DNA from: Tubiluchus corallicola
Taxonomy: Eukaryota; Animalia; Priapulida
Length of the DNA: 64,000 bases
Direction: 5' to 3'
Assembly (NCBI GenBank): GCA_030141605.1
Contig: JAQGDQ010000006.1
Span: 1,364,001 to 1,428,000, forward strand
Position numbers and translations under genes: made by a program. The notes under the pieces were generated by a model. It saw only the letters and a list, made by a program, of their open reading frames with translations, did not search any database and was not told the DNA's origin. Shown here one piece after another: positions 13,567 to 37,992 of the stretch (its first letter is position 1; each line of letters starts with the position of its first letter).

Positions 13567-16323
13567 GTGAACTCTAAATCTGGTGAAAATTGCATAGACA
13601 AAACTGAGTTAACAATCCAGGGTTATAATATACCTATTTATAATACTGGTGTAGTTATATACGTTCATCAGAGTATCGACTTTTTTGATCTACATTGTAA
13701 ATATTTTAAGTGTGCAGTATGTGTAAAAATTAAACTTCAAGAGAATCAAAGTTTGTGTATTCTCTTGATATACAGAAGTCCATCCTCAACAATCAGTGAA
13801 AATGCTAATCTTATTAAACTGATTTCGTATGTGTGTGAATCTCACAAATCAAATATCTGTATTTTGGGTGACTTTAATTTATCAGGAATTGATTGGCAAT
13901 TGGATTCTCCAATAATGCTGCTGAAAATAAGTTTTTAGAATGCTTTGAGTTGAACTTGTTATTTCAACACGTGAAATTTGCAACACGCTATCGCACTGGC
14001 AATGAACCATCTTTGCTTGATCTGGTTTTTACTGAGCAAGATGATTTGGTAAAATATTTGAGAGCTAGTTCACCATTAGGTAATAGTGACCATGTCTGTT
14101 TGCATTTTAGTTTGAATGTAAATGTATTTCCAGTCAAAATTTTACCTCAGAAGAAAATGTGTTTAAACAAAGCTAATTTCAGCAGTATGTGTAATGAATT
14201 TAGCCAAGTTGATTGGATCAATGTTTTAAATAGTAATTTCACTCTTGATGATTTGTGGACAAAATTTCATAATGTGTACGTGTCAGTTGTTGATGAATAT
14301 GTGCCTAGTTTCTATCCAAGTTCTTGTAGTAAGAGTAGCCGACCTCGGCCTTCTTGGTTAACTAAGCAGTTGCTTGACTGACTATATTAAGGAGAAAGAA
14401 AAGTTGTTTTTTGACTGGAAGAGACGAAGAACAAAACTTTCTTATGAACGGTATGCTGCAAGGCGTGATTTGGTGAAAAACCTTATAACTACTGCGCGAA
14501 AAAGATATGAACGTAACTTAGCAAGTAATTGCAAGAGTAATCCTAAGGCATTCTGGCAGTATATCAATGCACTTCGGAAGCCAAAGTTTAGAATTCATTC
14601 ACTGAAGAATTCCCAAGGTATTCTTGTCTCTGATTCAGAGGGGAAGGCACAAATTTTGAACGATTTTTTCAATAGTGTATTCAGTCCCAACGCTTCTAAC
14701 TATGAAGTAACTACAGTGCAACAAATCCTGATATCAACAATGTTTTCATAACTGAAGAAGAGGTGCTTTTTGAGTTACAAAATCTCTATGTAAACAAATC
14801 TGCTCCAGATAGTTACCATTCACGTATTTTAAATGAATGTAGAACTGTGCTTTTTAAGCCTATATACACCTTACTGGATAGGTCTTTTGCTGATTGTCAG
14901 TTACCTAGACAAGGAAGGTGGTTACTCCCATTCATAAAAAAGGGGACAAGTCAGATGAATCGAACTATAGGCCAGTTAGCTTACTAAATACAATTAATAA
15001 TGTGACAGAAAAAATCATGCGGAAGCATATAATGAACCATCTGATAAGATACAACCATCTGATCAGATTATTTGTGAAGAACAACATGGGTTTGTTAAGG
15101 GTAAAACAATGGTTACCCAACTGTTACAATGTTACGATGCATGGTTTGAGTTAAAAGATGCTAATAAGCCTTTTGATAGAATATTACTGGACCTGAAAAG
15201 GGCATTTGATGTTGTACCTCATCACTTTCTGTTTGCGAAACTTAAAAAGTATGGTATAACTGGTTCAGTTTTACAGTGGATAGTAAACTTCTTAGAAAAT
15301 AGAAGACAATGTATGTGTGTTGATGGTTATAAATCGACTAAGTCCTTGATTACTAGTGGTGTACCGCAAGGTTCAGTATTAGGTCCGTGTTTATTTGTGG
15401 TATTTATAAATGACTTGCCTAGTTGTGTGAGAAATTCTCTTCATCTTTTTGCTGATGACAGCAAAATCTGGTCTGAATCTGATTCTTTTACGAGCTGTAA
15501 TGATCTTCAATTGGATCTAGAAGGGCTCTTGTGATTGGGCAGTTGAAAATGGTATGCAGTTCCATCCCAACAAGTGTAAGGTTGTATCTGTAGGAGTCGG
15601 ATATGAGTATAAATACAAAATGTATATGCAAGTGGCATTTCGGCAGAATTGGACATTAGTGCTTGTGAGAAAGACCTGGGATTATTACTTGATAATAAAC
15701 TAAATTTTAAAGATCACATAGCAGAAATCATAAAGAATGCCAAACGAAACAATGCTTTAATAAGGAGGAATTTCAAGTACCTAGATCTGCAAACTTTTGA
15801 GCTTCTATATGTGGCATTTGTGCAATCAAAAGTGGAGTATGGAAGTAGTATTTGCAATAGTCCTAGAGCATATATAGTGGACCCAGTCGAAACTGTCCAA
15901 ATGAGAGCTTTCAGTGTGTTACCGGAACTAATGAACTTGTCGTATAAAAGTCAGTTAAAACGAATAGGTTTAACTACATTAGCTTTTAGACGTTTACGTG
16001 GCCAACTAATTGATGTATACAAATATGCATCTGGAGTTTACAGCTGTGATGATTGTCCTGTTAAATTAGAAGTACATCGCACAGCAAGATCAGGCCCTAT
16101 TCTTCATGAATCAAGAACTACACACAAAACTGGTAAATACGACTATTTTTCTTGTACGATGCCAGAAATCTGGAATAGATTGCCCTTTGATGTGAGAACA
16201 GCAACATCTGTAAATTTACTTAAGTCAAAATTAGATAGACACTATGAACATCATCCATTCAAATTGAATCACCGTGCTAATTGGAACATGCCTATAACAA
16301 GGTTGCTGGATTACATATTATAG
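13567..16323 (+). pseudogene. CR1 ORF2 (endonuclease plus reverse transcriptase), multiply frameshifted
   Basis: Seven consecutive ORF pieces (13567-13938, 13893-14381, 14374-14751, 14763-14987, 14918-15154, 15109-15534, 15649-16323) carry EN and RT motifs in the expected order. Confidence 0.93.
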
Positions 16324-16444
16324 TGAGAAAACTTGCCAGTGGAGTCACCTAGGTGTTGATGACAATCTACTGTATGTGCAATTTGTCGCAATTACAGTCG
16401 AAAAACTATTTGTCTCAAAAGTTATATTATAACTACTGGAGATT

Positions 16445-16509
<65 letters not shown>
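16445..16509 (+). repeat. (TAC)n microsatellite forming the 3' tail of the CR1 element
   Basis: About 21 perfect TAC units, roughly 120 bp after the ORF2 stop. Short tandem-repeat tails are typical of CR1 LINEs. Confidence 0.9.
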
Positions 16510-17564
16510 AATTATTAATTCTACTTATGCAAACTCTGTTTGAATTATATGTGATAGATAAATGTAACTAAACACATTAGTCCGTTTTACAAAATACAGT
16601 ACTACAGACAGAGCTGCTTGAATTAAGCTATGTATTTTTTTATTATTTTTCAGGATTCTTTAAAAAAATTATGAACAGTTCGGATAGGGTGACTAGGGTC
16701 TGAAATCAATTACGTGTGAACAAGGCTTCAAAGATTTCTCTTATTCGTTTCTCCCTACTTTTTCCGCGAATTTCACAAGTTCTATCATAATGCATTTGTA
16801 GTGTTTTTTTAGTTTTTTCTTTCATTAAAATTTCATTGGTTCCTCAGAGTCTGCTTTGTGATAAGTGCAACAACAACTTATAATTGTAAGAGAGGATATT
16901 ATACTTGATACTTGTTAATTTTAAACAAAAATTATGTATAGGCCCAATGTGTATGAGTATAATTAATTATATTATATTTATTTATATATATTTTACATAA
17001 TATATTTTTATATATTTTTTTTATATTATTATTAATTGTTTAATATTAGTAATTAATATTATTATTGTTTTGTCATCTGTGATGCCCACTCACAAACTAT
17101 CACAAAAAATGGAAATCTAGGTGTCATTACAGCATCTTGGTCCCATCTACACAATGTGATACCATCTGGATTGTATCTCCATTGGAGTAATGGTAACTAG
17201 GCCTACAGTAGCAAGTAACTTGTATTTGTCAAGAACTTTGGTCATTAAATTAATCACTTAATTGCTGAACCTGTAGTTTTTCGAATTTGTGGCTGAAGTG
17301 TTCTTTCTTTAATTTCCAGTTATAACCATCTATTGTGCTTTTTTCATGTCTGGAAGTGTGCTGATCTGTGTCTAGTCCACTGTGTCTAGTACACAGACCT
17401 TGCATTACGCAAAGTAAACTTGTATCCCCACAGCTTGTAATGGTCCATAAAGTACAGTGTCATTCAAAGTCGCTTCCGTCTAGTAATGTAATTGAACACT
17501 TCTTTAACGTTGGCACCAATATGTTGATGTTCTTTGAACACCCGCAGTTGTGAGTCAATTCTCC

Positions 17565-17567
<3 letters not shown>

Positions 17568-17595
<28 letters not shown>
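17568..17595. repeat. (TATG)n microsatellite
   Basis: Perfect tetranucleotide run. Confidence 0.9.
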
Positions 17596-17596
<1 letters not shown>

Positions 17597-17897
17597 GACC
17601 TCATTATGACCTTGACAATGAATTTCTTTTCACACATCAAAAATACATCATCAGACACATCAATAAATTTAAAATAAAACAATTTGAGTAGTGCTAGATG
17701 AGAGTATGACCATTTTGGTCATTAACACACTCCCCTTAATTAAATGAAATAATTATTATAATTATGCATCCTTCTGTAGAAGCATAATGATAGCAATACC
17801 ATAAGGCAATAAAACTGTGAAAGATGAGAAAGGAAAACATAATATGTAATTACAATTTTGAGTGAGCCATGAAGAGTGAAAACAATTTATATAGAAA

Positions 17898-18842
17898 TAC
17901 AGTAGGCGCCGCTTAATAGACTCACTTTGGATCCGAAGTGTTTTGACTCCATTAACCGACTGAACCTATTAACCGATGGGTGTTGTATTTCTGGTATAGT
18001 ATGAGTCACCAGCTTACTATGCACTGCAAAGCTTTTTAATGAATTTTAGAAACAAAGTACTGGCTAATTTCCTTTGTGCAGTTAAAAATAAAAAAAATAT
18101 TTTAAAATATTAATTTACATAAGTAAATTAGGAATAAATTATAAGGTATATTTTCTAAATCACACAAGTCTAATTATTTGCAAAATTTACAAAAATTCTT
18201 TCAAGATTGGCTGCTTCATTTTATCACAAAGTGCTCATAATGATAAAAATGGTGAAAATCTGTTGTTGTATGATGTACAAATTTTGTAAAATACGTAGTG
18301 TTTGGCGTGCTTAAATTGTTGGTGGTGCCTGTGTTTCCCTGCAGCTTTGTCTGTAGTTTCGTCTAAGATCCCCCTTGTTATCATGATGTACTGTACCTGT
18401 AGCTGTAGCTGTGTACCTCTAGCATAACAGCAGCATCTAACTGATTAAACTTTCTGGCAAAAACAGCCAGACCTTCAGAAGCAAACGACTAAACAAGTGA
18501 TTAAATGCTTAGCTTCCTGGAATTCTTGGGTAACGAGGTTAATTGCAGTGGACGGGCGGGTCAAAGCAAACCAGTAGGATAGTATATTAGCGTATGATAA
18601 ACGTTCTTGCTTACAAACAAAACGGTACTTAACATGATTATTTCTATGTATATTATAGGATAAAGGCAAACTAAGATGACATAAAAGTTGTAAAAGTCTT
18701 ATTGAAGCATGTGAAGCAAAAGTATTGAGTCAGTTATACCAAGTTATTTGATAGTTTTTATGTACATTAGAATAGAAGCGGCCCGTACCTGGCGTTTTTG
18801 AGTCAATTAAACGATTGAGTCTGTTAAGCGGCGCCCACTGTA
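17898..18842. mobile_element. Non-autonomous Tc1/mariner-pogo (Tigger-like) MITE
   Basis: TIRs CAGTAGGCGCCGCTTAATAGACTCA and TGAGTCTGTTAAGCGGCGCCCACTG (23/25 match), flanked by TA on both sides. Confidence 0.9.
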
Positions 18843-19070
18843 GTTACGAATTTGAAATGTCTGTCAGCTCTGCAACAAGCAGTAATAACATATAACTACA
18901 TATTTGTATGTTAATAATATATATTCGTAATTGCACATAATAGTACATAATGATCCTTTAAAGTTGATGGTAAGTATGGGGATTGGGGATAGACATTATA
19001 ATATGATAATTTCTATACAGAGTATATGATTTATATATATATCTAAATATGTATATATATATATTTAAAT

Positions 19071-19073
<3 letters not shown>

Positions 19074-19161
<88 letters not shown>
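19074..19161. repeat. Compound (CA)n(TA)n microsatellite
   Basis: Read directly from the sequence. Confidence 0.95.
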
Positions 19162-19163
<2 letters not shown>

Positions 19164-19848
19164 GTGGGAAGAGAGGTTAACCATTATAACCAAATTATTT
19201 TAAATAAAATAAAATACAGCTGTTAGTAACAACATTAACTGTAGTCGTAATACCATAATAGGCATATATTGTTATGAATAGTGAAGAGGGAAGGGTATTC
19301 ATTGACAAAGTGCAATTCTTAAGCAATATTAAGGCTACAATAATATATTCAATTGTAACTATGTCAAGTAAATTAAGTGGTAAACTTTTCAAGAGTGGTC
19401 AAGCGGTGGTAAATCTCAGTTACTTACTTGTGAAACTTTAACTCAGAATGTAGTAATGTAATATATAATATGTACGACTTAATTTTTGTGAGTCTTGGAT
19501 TTGATTTCATTTTAAATATCATCTTGCAGAAAAATTCGGATTCAGTCGGTGATGTTATAATTAGATACATATTTGAAAGTTACAAATTTTTTATTATATG
19601 ATTTATATAACCTGTAGTTTTTACTTTCCCAGCACCTCCTCAGCTTGTGAAAAATTAATTTGGGGCATTAAAATACCTAAGTCGCATTTACATGCATTAT
19701 TATAATAATAAGGCAGTAGTTGAAATTCCAGAAAATAATATTGCTAGTAAGGAGTCTATGAAGTATTGGCAGTGAACCATTTTATAAATGGCTTTGCACT
19801 AATACATCCAGGCTATAATATTTAATAACTACTTTCAGTCTGTGAAAT

Positions 19849-30547
<10,699 letters not shown>

Positions 30548-31691
30548 GTCGAAGAAAAGAATATCAAAATTCATTCCTGTGTTTCTTCTTTTAATTACTT
30601 TTCATCTAGCTCTTTACCTACATTGTTACCCTTACCTCTGCCATATACTCTGGGTAACTTGTTGTCTTGTAGAAATTTAAACTATGCTAATAAATTTATA
30701 ATAACTGATATGTACAGTCACTTATAGTGTTGTTGTTGTTGTAATCGTTGTTGCAATTTCACTCTGTATCAGAAGTGCTTACCGCTACGATCAACAATTT
30801 TAAAAAGATGAGTCCAGATAACAAATATGCAAATGGCACTATTTGCGTCATGAACGCTGCCATGGTGAGTATAGATTTTAATGTTGCAAACATTACAGGG
30901 GATTGAAGATCTAAAGAACTTGTTTTTAATTCTTCTAAAACTTTTGTATTTGAAATTCTTGCTACATGTGAAGATGTCCTTGTGGAGTGTGCAAATTCAG
31001 AAAAATCATTTGGCGTGCATGTATATAAAGACCTGTAAGCGTGTTTTTGTGAAATACATTACCGGTCAATGGATTCAGAAAATATCTCAAAAAATGATTT
31101 CTTAATACAATGTGAGAAGAATTCCTTCATCTTGTTAGCTGACCAACGTGATACTTTACGCAAGATCTTATTTGTGGATATATAGCTTTCAAAACGAGTT
31201 TCATGTATTAACTGAAACATCTGATATACCAGAAAACTTATCTAATGTCATCCACTAATTACATGACCGCTGTCCATGAAACAATGAATTACTGCAACTG
31301 AGTACAGATTTCAAATTAGTACCATGACTGTTTTCACAAATGTCTGAAACGTTGAGCATTGTATTTATGAAACTCACTTTTACACTCCTTTTAAAAAATG
31401 ATGTAGCATCCTATCACAGTAAAAAAATATACAATAACATGGTCATCTACAGAAAGTAATAGGTATGTACAGTTATTACTGGCTATTATATGTCCTTTTT
31501 AATAAAAATTCGGGATTAAATGCAAAGACAGACTACTGAAAATAATACATCTGGCTTATGCAATAAATAGTTAAAAAATCATGTAAAGTAAAAACAAAAG
31601 TTTTGCCTGTTACATAAATAAATTTATTAGCTCTAATTATGATAATAAATAATGCTCAAATTTGCTATTAGCAATTGCATTTAATAATGTT

Positions 31692-34600
31692 TCAACTTAA
31701 TTCTTGAGATGCTTCTTTAACTTCCTGGATTAATATCAGTTGTTCTCTGAATTCATTTGATTCTGAAAACTGTAAGCAAAACTTCTGTTTCAGTGGCTGC
31801 ATCAGACCTTGTGCAACATTAACTGTACAGTTTTGTAGCTGAGTCAAGTTGCTGTCATTTGCAGAATTTTGAGTGTTATGGCTTTGTTCAACCTGATTTA
31901 CAAATTCTGCTACAGTCATTGTTGTCCATTCACCACTTGCAGAGTTGTTGTCACTGAGTTTTCCTCTCTCTTCTTTATGCGTGGACAGGTGGTGCTTCAA
32001 ACTCTCCGAATTTACGGAACAGAAGCTACAATGTGGACAGCTATGATCGAGTTTGCAGCCTGTAAAAATACAAACCAGTTAAAACTGTTAGACAAACAAA
32101 AATAAGGTGTATCTGTTTCAAGAAGAGCTTCTCATTCTTAGTTGAGACTTCACATAATGTAGTTGAGTAGAATATTAACACAGCATATTTGAATGGAATC
32201 AGCCATTCCAAAGTTCTATATCAGGTCTAAAAACTCCTAGACTAGAGAGATTCAGTGGATTAATGAAAACTAATCGCACAAGGTTAGCTGTCACATCTCA
32301 AGAGTAAATGTGACAAATTAACATAAAACATATGGTTATGTAGGCAAGGCTACAGTGTCACTATTGTACAGTGTAGACTGCAATTCAATTTTATTCCTTA
32401 GTTTGTAGTCAACAGGTACACTGTGAATAGCTTTTGCAAAAAATTTCCACATCAAAATACTGGGATGCAACACTGAGAAATGAATATGTGCTGTTTAGGT
32501 GAAAGGAATGCCGAATCACAAGTACAGCAAGTGTATTGAAGTGATCATGTTGTTTAAGTACTCAACTGAATGCATGAATAACAGCAGTATACATACACGT
32601 ATAGGATGAATACTAAGATGTTTTAAATTATTATGTTTTTAATTTATGACCGCGACTTAAATAATCTGTGGCATATTGTGACATTTTGCAAGTGTGTTTT
32701 GAGACCGTCAATTAATAAGTTGCTGATTCAACGCAACCCTATATGCTAAAATTTTGCTTACACGGTGGAAAATGACTCTGCAATGATTTTCACCTCCATC
32801 ATAAACTGAGGTCAACCAAGTTCTTCTAGTGACTAGTGTTCATATAATATATTACAACGTGCGCTACACAATAACAAAGACATACACATTTTTATGCTAA
32901 ATGATCTTGACTCCTTCATAAATACAGAAATCGCCTGGATGTTCTTGCATTAACATGTTGTTTAATGCTTGGCTGAGCACATGAATACATGACTAAATAT
33001 CATAATTACCTGGATGTTTTGAACGAATATGTTGTTTAAAAGTGCTTGACTGTATACATGAATAACCACAGTAAATGCACAAATAAGGTTTTTCTCCAGT
33101 GTGGCGATGTTCATGACGGCGCAACGTACTTTTGTCACCTAAAATCAGTTAAAAAAGTACATGTAGACTGAATTAAAAAAGAGAGCCCGCAATACTTGAA
33201 ACATTAAAATGAGGTAAACCTCTTGCAATTCATTTTCAGATACGTAATGACTGAATAAGAAAAAAGTATAATACAGGTAAGATACGAGGCATAAGGCATG
33301 TTATGTCTTATGGCACACAGTGATGTTTTTGTTCACAGATTGGCAAACAAAAAAACAAAATTAACTTTTGATTCCAGTTGACTTTGCGTTACAGTGGCCG
33401 CCGCTTATTGTGGACACCTCGGGCCAGCAGTGTATGTCCATATTAAGCGAAGTGACCCATGAAGACCCCCCCTTCATTAAAAAAGGCAAAAAACTGTCTG
33501 TATCAACTCGTCTCCTGTTTTATTGAAAAAAAAGAAGTCAGACGAGTTTGTTTGGCAGGAAACTTTTCTCTCAACCTTGAACGGAAGGAAGTTATCACAG
33601 TTTCGAAGCTCTCAAGGCCACGGCAAACGGCGAACTGACTGATGCAATGACTCACACAGGCAGCAGAGCGGGAAGCTCTTTTCAATCACGCGCGCAGGCC
33701 GTGGTTGGCACGGCTGGTTCACGTGCCAAGAATGTTCGCTGTCCATATTAACCGGCGGATTTTATTAGGGGAAAATTCCGTCCCTCGCGAGTGTCCACAA
33801 TAACCGGCTGTCCACAATAACCGTGTCCATAATAAGCGGCGGCCACTGTACTGGGTTGTAATAATAATGATTTTAATCTACTCACTAATCACACCGTTAA
33901 CTTACTGACAGGAATGAAGAGCTTAGATGATAAAATTTTAAAGCGCCATCATATTTTGAAGCAAAAACCTTGAGTTTTAAGGGCAGTCTCATCAAGTATG
34001 CTATCTTAATTGAGACTGAGTAAAAAAATTAAGTGATGTCACAGGAAAAAACCACTGACAGTTCAGTGGATAATCATTATTAATGATTATTCTTGATAAT
34101 GAGCTATGTTCCAGTTCAACCACAACCGTTTATATTAAGGCCTGTCAGCGAGTGTTAGAACTTGACTTTCACTGTGCCAAACTGTATAAAAAACCTACAC
34201 ATTAATCAAACAGCATGCTGAAGTGTCCCAAAAAGAATTGGCTCAATAGTGAACGTTAAAAATTCATAAATATTCTACCTACTTGTTCTAAAATCACAGT
34301 AGCTACAGGCAAAAGGTTTTTCCTTTGTGTGAGCACTTCGCTCATGCAGTGTAATATAATGACTCCGAACTGCCTTGTAATCACAGTACCGACAATGGAA
34401 AAATCTTTTAGGAAGATGCATCTCACGCTTGTGTTTCTGAAAGCTCTTTAGGTTGGCTAATGTTTTTCCGCAAACATCGCAGACCTTTGGCACATTCTTT
34501 TTTTGTTTTTCCTCTGGACGATGCATACAGAAATTGTGTTCTGTTAATGCCCTGCTTGTTTTGAAACACTTCCCACACTCCATGCACACACAAGGTTTTT

Positions 34601-37600
34601 CTTGACTGTGCACTGTTATGTGATTCTGCAGTTTGTATTTGGAATATGTCGCTGTGCCACAGATTGGACATCTGTGCATGCCGTGACCAATTTTGTGTTT
34701 TACCCACAAATGTGCTTTCAGAAACTTACAATATTTTGTCCTAAATCCGCACTCTGGACACACAAACTTGTCAGATGTATTTGGATCTTTGAAATGACAT
34801 CTTTTGTGGTAATCCAACTCAAACTGCTTTTTATACTTTGCATAGCATCCCTTTTCTTTACAAGCAAATGGCCACTCATAATCACAATTGCTAGTCCTTG
34901 TGCCAGATTTAAGTGCTTTAGAGTGGGCTACTTGAGGCTCCATCTCTACCTTGGCTAAATTTTCCACTGTTTCTTTCGGCAAATCGCTTGCATGTTCTTC
35001 TAACTGTGTGAAATTAATAATGGCATATGAAAAATGTACGATACTTATAAATGAAACTGGGTCACAGAGTTATTGTATATAAATAGCAATCACTGCAAAC
35101 AGTACGCAAAAGGTTTTTTATTTTTTTAAGAGAAGAGCAAGTCTTTTTCTATGGTTAGTAAATATGCAACTACAGAGCTGCCTTTTTAGTACATCCAATG
35201 AGAACATTGTTTATAGAATCATCAAAATCACAAATGGCACAGAGATAATGTGAGAAAATGGTAATGTCAGTATGGTCAAATTAAACTGCTGCATACCAGA
35301 CGGAGTGGCAGAAGTAAATGATAAAACACCCAATAATAATTCTTTCAATTATGTAAACAAAACGGTTAAGTTATGCCGTGAAAATAATCGTCACATTTAC
35401 ATCATCTGTATATAACTCACACGTGGAGCAGCATTTTTTAAGCATTTCTTTGGTCATTGACAGTGCAATTCAAATTATTTTCAGTAACACATTCAAGCAA
35501 CAGTTGTTATATGTAATTTGGAGAGCAACAAATGGCACAAAAACCAGTGCATTAGATTGTCAGAGTGGCCTGTGGTAGTGAAGAAAAACCACTAAGAGCA
35601 CCAAAGTAATGCATATTTACGTTTACCAGACACTTGCCAGCACGAAATTCAGAAAAAAATTCAAAAGTAAGTTGTGGCACTTTTATAACTGATTTTAGTT
35701 AATAGTTGTAGGCATTCATACTATGCAATAATTTATTTTTTAATATTGGCTCACTAGATTATTTTGCAAGCGAGCCCAAAATTATAGTTATGCTACTGAA
35801 TGTAAGCATTTCAAAAAAAGAAGTTCCTTACCATATGTTTCTCTACGAGAATGGCAGAAGTAAAAGATGCCAAGCAAGCACCACATTGATATGTCGTCTC
35901 TTTAGTTGTAGATTCAGGTGTCAAGTGCTGCTTTATATGACCTCTATTAGAAGAATCTGAATCTCCCGTTGTGTCATTTGTATGAATGTCCATGTGAAGA
36001 TCATTGTTTGCAGAAAAGCTAGCCTGATTAAACCAAAAGGTACTGCTGCTATTCAGTTTGAGAATCAAACATAGTGCAGTTACCAGCAAAAGGCAATGAA
36101 ATAAACATTTATCAAACAAAATATTCGTTGAATAAAGAAAAGATGCATGACAAGCTTTTGCAATCAGCTAACTGAAGCAAGCACAAGATAAATAAATCGC
36201 CTAATACCTTGTGGCAAAGGACATTGTAGTTCAATTGTACATGTAATGTATGAATCCTGCTTCCTTTACCACTTAAAAAGATTGTTAAGAATTACTTTCA
36301 CCTTTAATTGAACAGACCTTAATAACACAAAACACAGCTTTACCAAACACACTTCAACAGTTCTAATGAACTAAGAGTAGTTCAGCGGAAGCGTACTCGT
36401 TTACTCTGTGAAGCCGGAGTTCAATACCCTGCAGAGGTGAGCTAAAGAGTTAAAAAATGGTACTTTCGCTTTTAAGAGGCAAGCAAAAAACCTGCTCTGT
36501 AATGATAATCACTATTAGGTACATTAGGTAGCTATAATTTTGTCGAATTGAACGAAAAATAAAAACGCTATTTATGCTACTGGCCTAATTGTTGACTTTA
36601 AATAAAGATTATTGTTATTGTAGACTTACAGTAATGTGGCCCTCTGAATGCTCAAAAATGTTCGTGGTAAACAGCTGTTGGGTAGCTTTTGAAGAGGCAA
36701 CATCAGTACCTTGTATAGTTGCGTTACCATTGAGTTGTCTTGCGACTTGTTGGCTTATCTCACACTGTGGTGACAGTAAGTCCACAGCACCTACAAAGCA
36801 CAAATGTCCTATTATTGCAAAGTACCAGCCAAGTTGGTTTTGTACTTTAAGATGGTGTAAACTGTTACTAAAATATGTGGTCGGACAGTTAGAAAGTTAG
36901 CCAAATGTTTTTTTGTACCAGTAGCAGATTTGAAGCTGGAAACCGGTAAACCACAAAAAATACTGAAAATTTTATACACTGTAAAATACAGCAAAATGTC
37001 TATTTGAATACCCCAAAAATTACTAATAAATTACAAACTCAGAATGCTCAAACACATATGCACAGTAATAATTGTGTTTTCACTTTTGAGCTAGAGCAGT
37101 AATAGATCAATGTTATTAATCATCATTGTATATAGTGTATTGAATATATGGGAAGTTTTAACAATGTAGAACATGTTACTAATAGGTCAGCTTTATAATC
37201 CTTAACTCTTTATTTGAACCTATCTATTACATTCCATTACAGCTTTGTGGCAGTATGAATCACATTAACTGCTTAAGTATGATCGTGTTTCTCTAGCTAA
37301 GCATGTAATATCATATATGTACTGCTTGCTAACTGGATTTACAATTTTGGATAATGTCAGTTGTGCTGAAACATCTTGTACTTATTTTTGCAATATAGAT
37401 AATGCAAAAAATTTACATAATCGATCTGGGTTTAGCATTTCCCATTAATATTGAGATTTCTAGAAATTAATATTTTATTCTTAATAACAACAGAATTATG
37501 AAAACTTTACCTAGATTTTGTGCTGGTGCAGAAGAATTTGTGTAATGTGCTTCTACCGATGCCTGCTGATAGGTAGCCCACTGGTGCGAGTTCTGCAGGT

Positions 37601-37703
37601 GAGCAAGAAACACCTGAGCATGATTTGCAGCAAATGTGCAATATCTGCACTTGAACATTATCACAACATCAGCTAATCCAATAAGTTCTGGTGGTAGAGA
37701 CAT
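31692..37703 (-). CDS. C2H2 zinc-finger protein, 11 fingers, about 587 aa
   Basis: Phase-consistent exons 37703-37511, 36790-36630, 36023-35832, 35003-34283, 33138-33010, 32059-31692. Fingers that cross junctions close correctly (CGAC..EKHM|LEEH; CSYC..FRTS|DKSTLRRHEHRHTGEKPY). An acceptor at 37742 implies an upstream non-coding exon. Confidence 0.9.
32454..32987 (-). pseudogene. Two clear and one weaker decayed partial copies of the zinc-finger exon 33010-33138
   Basis: 32934-32987, 32533-32605 and 32454-32498 align in direct orientation to the 3' half of the exon (shared ATGTTGTTTAA, CATGAATA, CTGGATG). Copy 2 reads Y-V-Y-V-Y-C-C-Y-S-C-I-Q-L-S-T against the real Y-L-C-I-Y-C-G-Y-S-C-I-Q-S-S-T. 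Confidence 0.7.
33390..33850. mobile_element. Young Tigger/pogo-like MITE in a zinc-finger gene intron
   Basis: TIRs CAGTGGCCGCCGCTTATT(G/A)TGGACAC (25/26 match), TA target duplication and GTGTCCA(C/T)AATAA subterminal repeats. The internal minus-strand remnant KQTRLTSFF resembles Tigger transposase C-termini. CpG-rich relative to its flanks. Confidence 0.92.
36374..36490 (+). mobile_element. tRNA-derived SINE fragment
   Basis: A-box-like TAGTTCAGCGG, B-box-like GGAGTTCAATACCC, then AAAGAGTTAAAAAATGGTAC, reminiscent of the central domain of Meta-type SINEs. Confidence 0.45.
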
Positions 37704-37992
37704 TATCCTTACTTTTTCTGTATTGCACAAGTGAAGTGACACTAAATTAAATAAATGTAGCCATGTAGGTATACATTTGTTACTTTAGGTAAATAAATGA
37801 GTATTACACCACTTGCCATGCTAGCTATAATTATAGAAAAATAACCAGTTTAATATCACCAACTCATTAGTTTTCATTCAGTTCTTCCCGGAACAAGCAA
37901 TCAAATAATCCAGAAAGCAAAGCTTCAAATGAAAAACAAGCAACAATTTGAGGTAAAAGCAAGGAAAAGCATGGACCTTTCTCAGTTCACAG

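Larger units (their letters stand above)
12324..16509 (+). mobile_element. Decayed CR1-clade non-LTR retrotransposon (LINE), near full length
   Basis: ORF1 has a PHD finger (CGSC..C-EIC-CFWHHVKC..WYCNKC), a coiled coil and QPDLT. ORF2 fragments carry APE endonuclease motifs (IYRSP, ILGDFN, LLDLVFT, SDH), KSNPKAFW, PIHKKGDK..NYRPVSL, DLKRAFDVVPH, SGVPQGSVLGP, LFADD and EKDLG. A (TAC)n tail lies at 16445-16509. The 5' boundary is uncertain. Confidence 0.95.

Noticed and set aside
16353-16571. Poly-Thr ORF
   Set aside because: Translation of the CR1 (TAC)n tail.
16759-16770. E2F-like site (TTTTCCGCGAA) upstream of UBE2T
   Set aside because: A single short motif with no known transcription start. 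Not distinguishable from chance.
18958-19161. (CV)n/(YI)n ORF
   Set aside because: Translation of a dinucleotide microsatellite.
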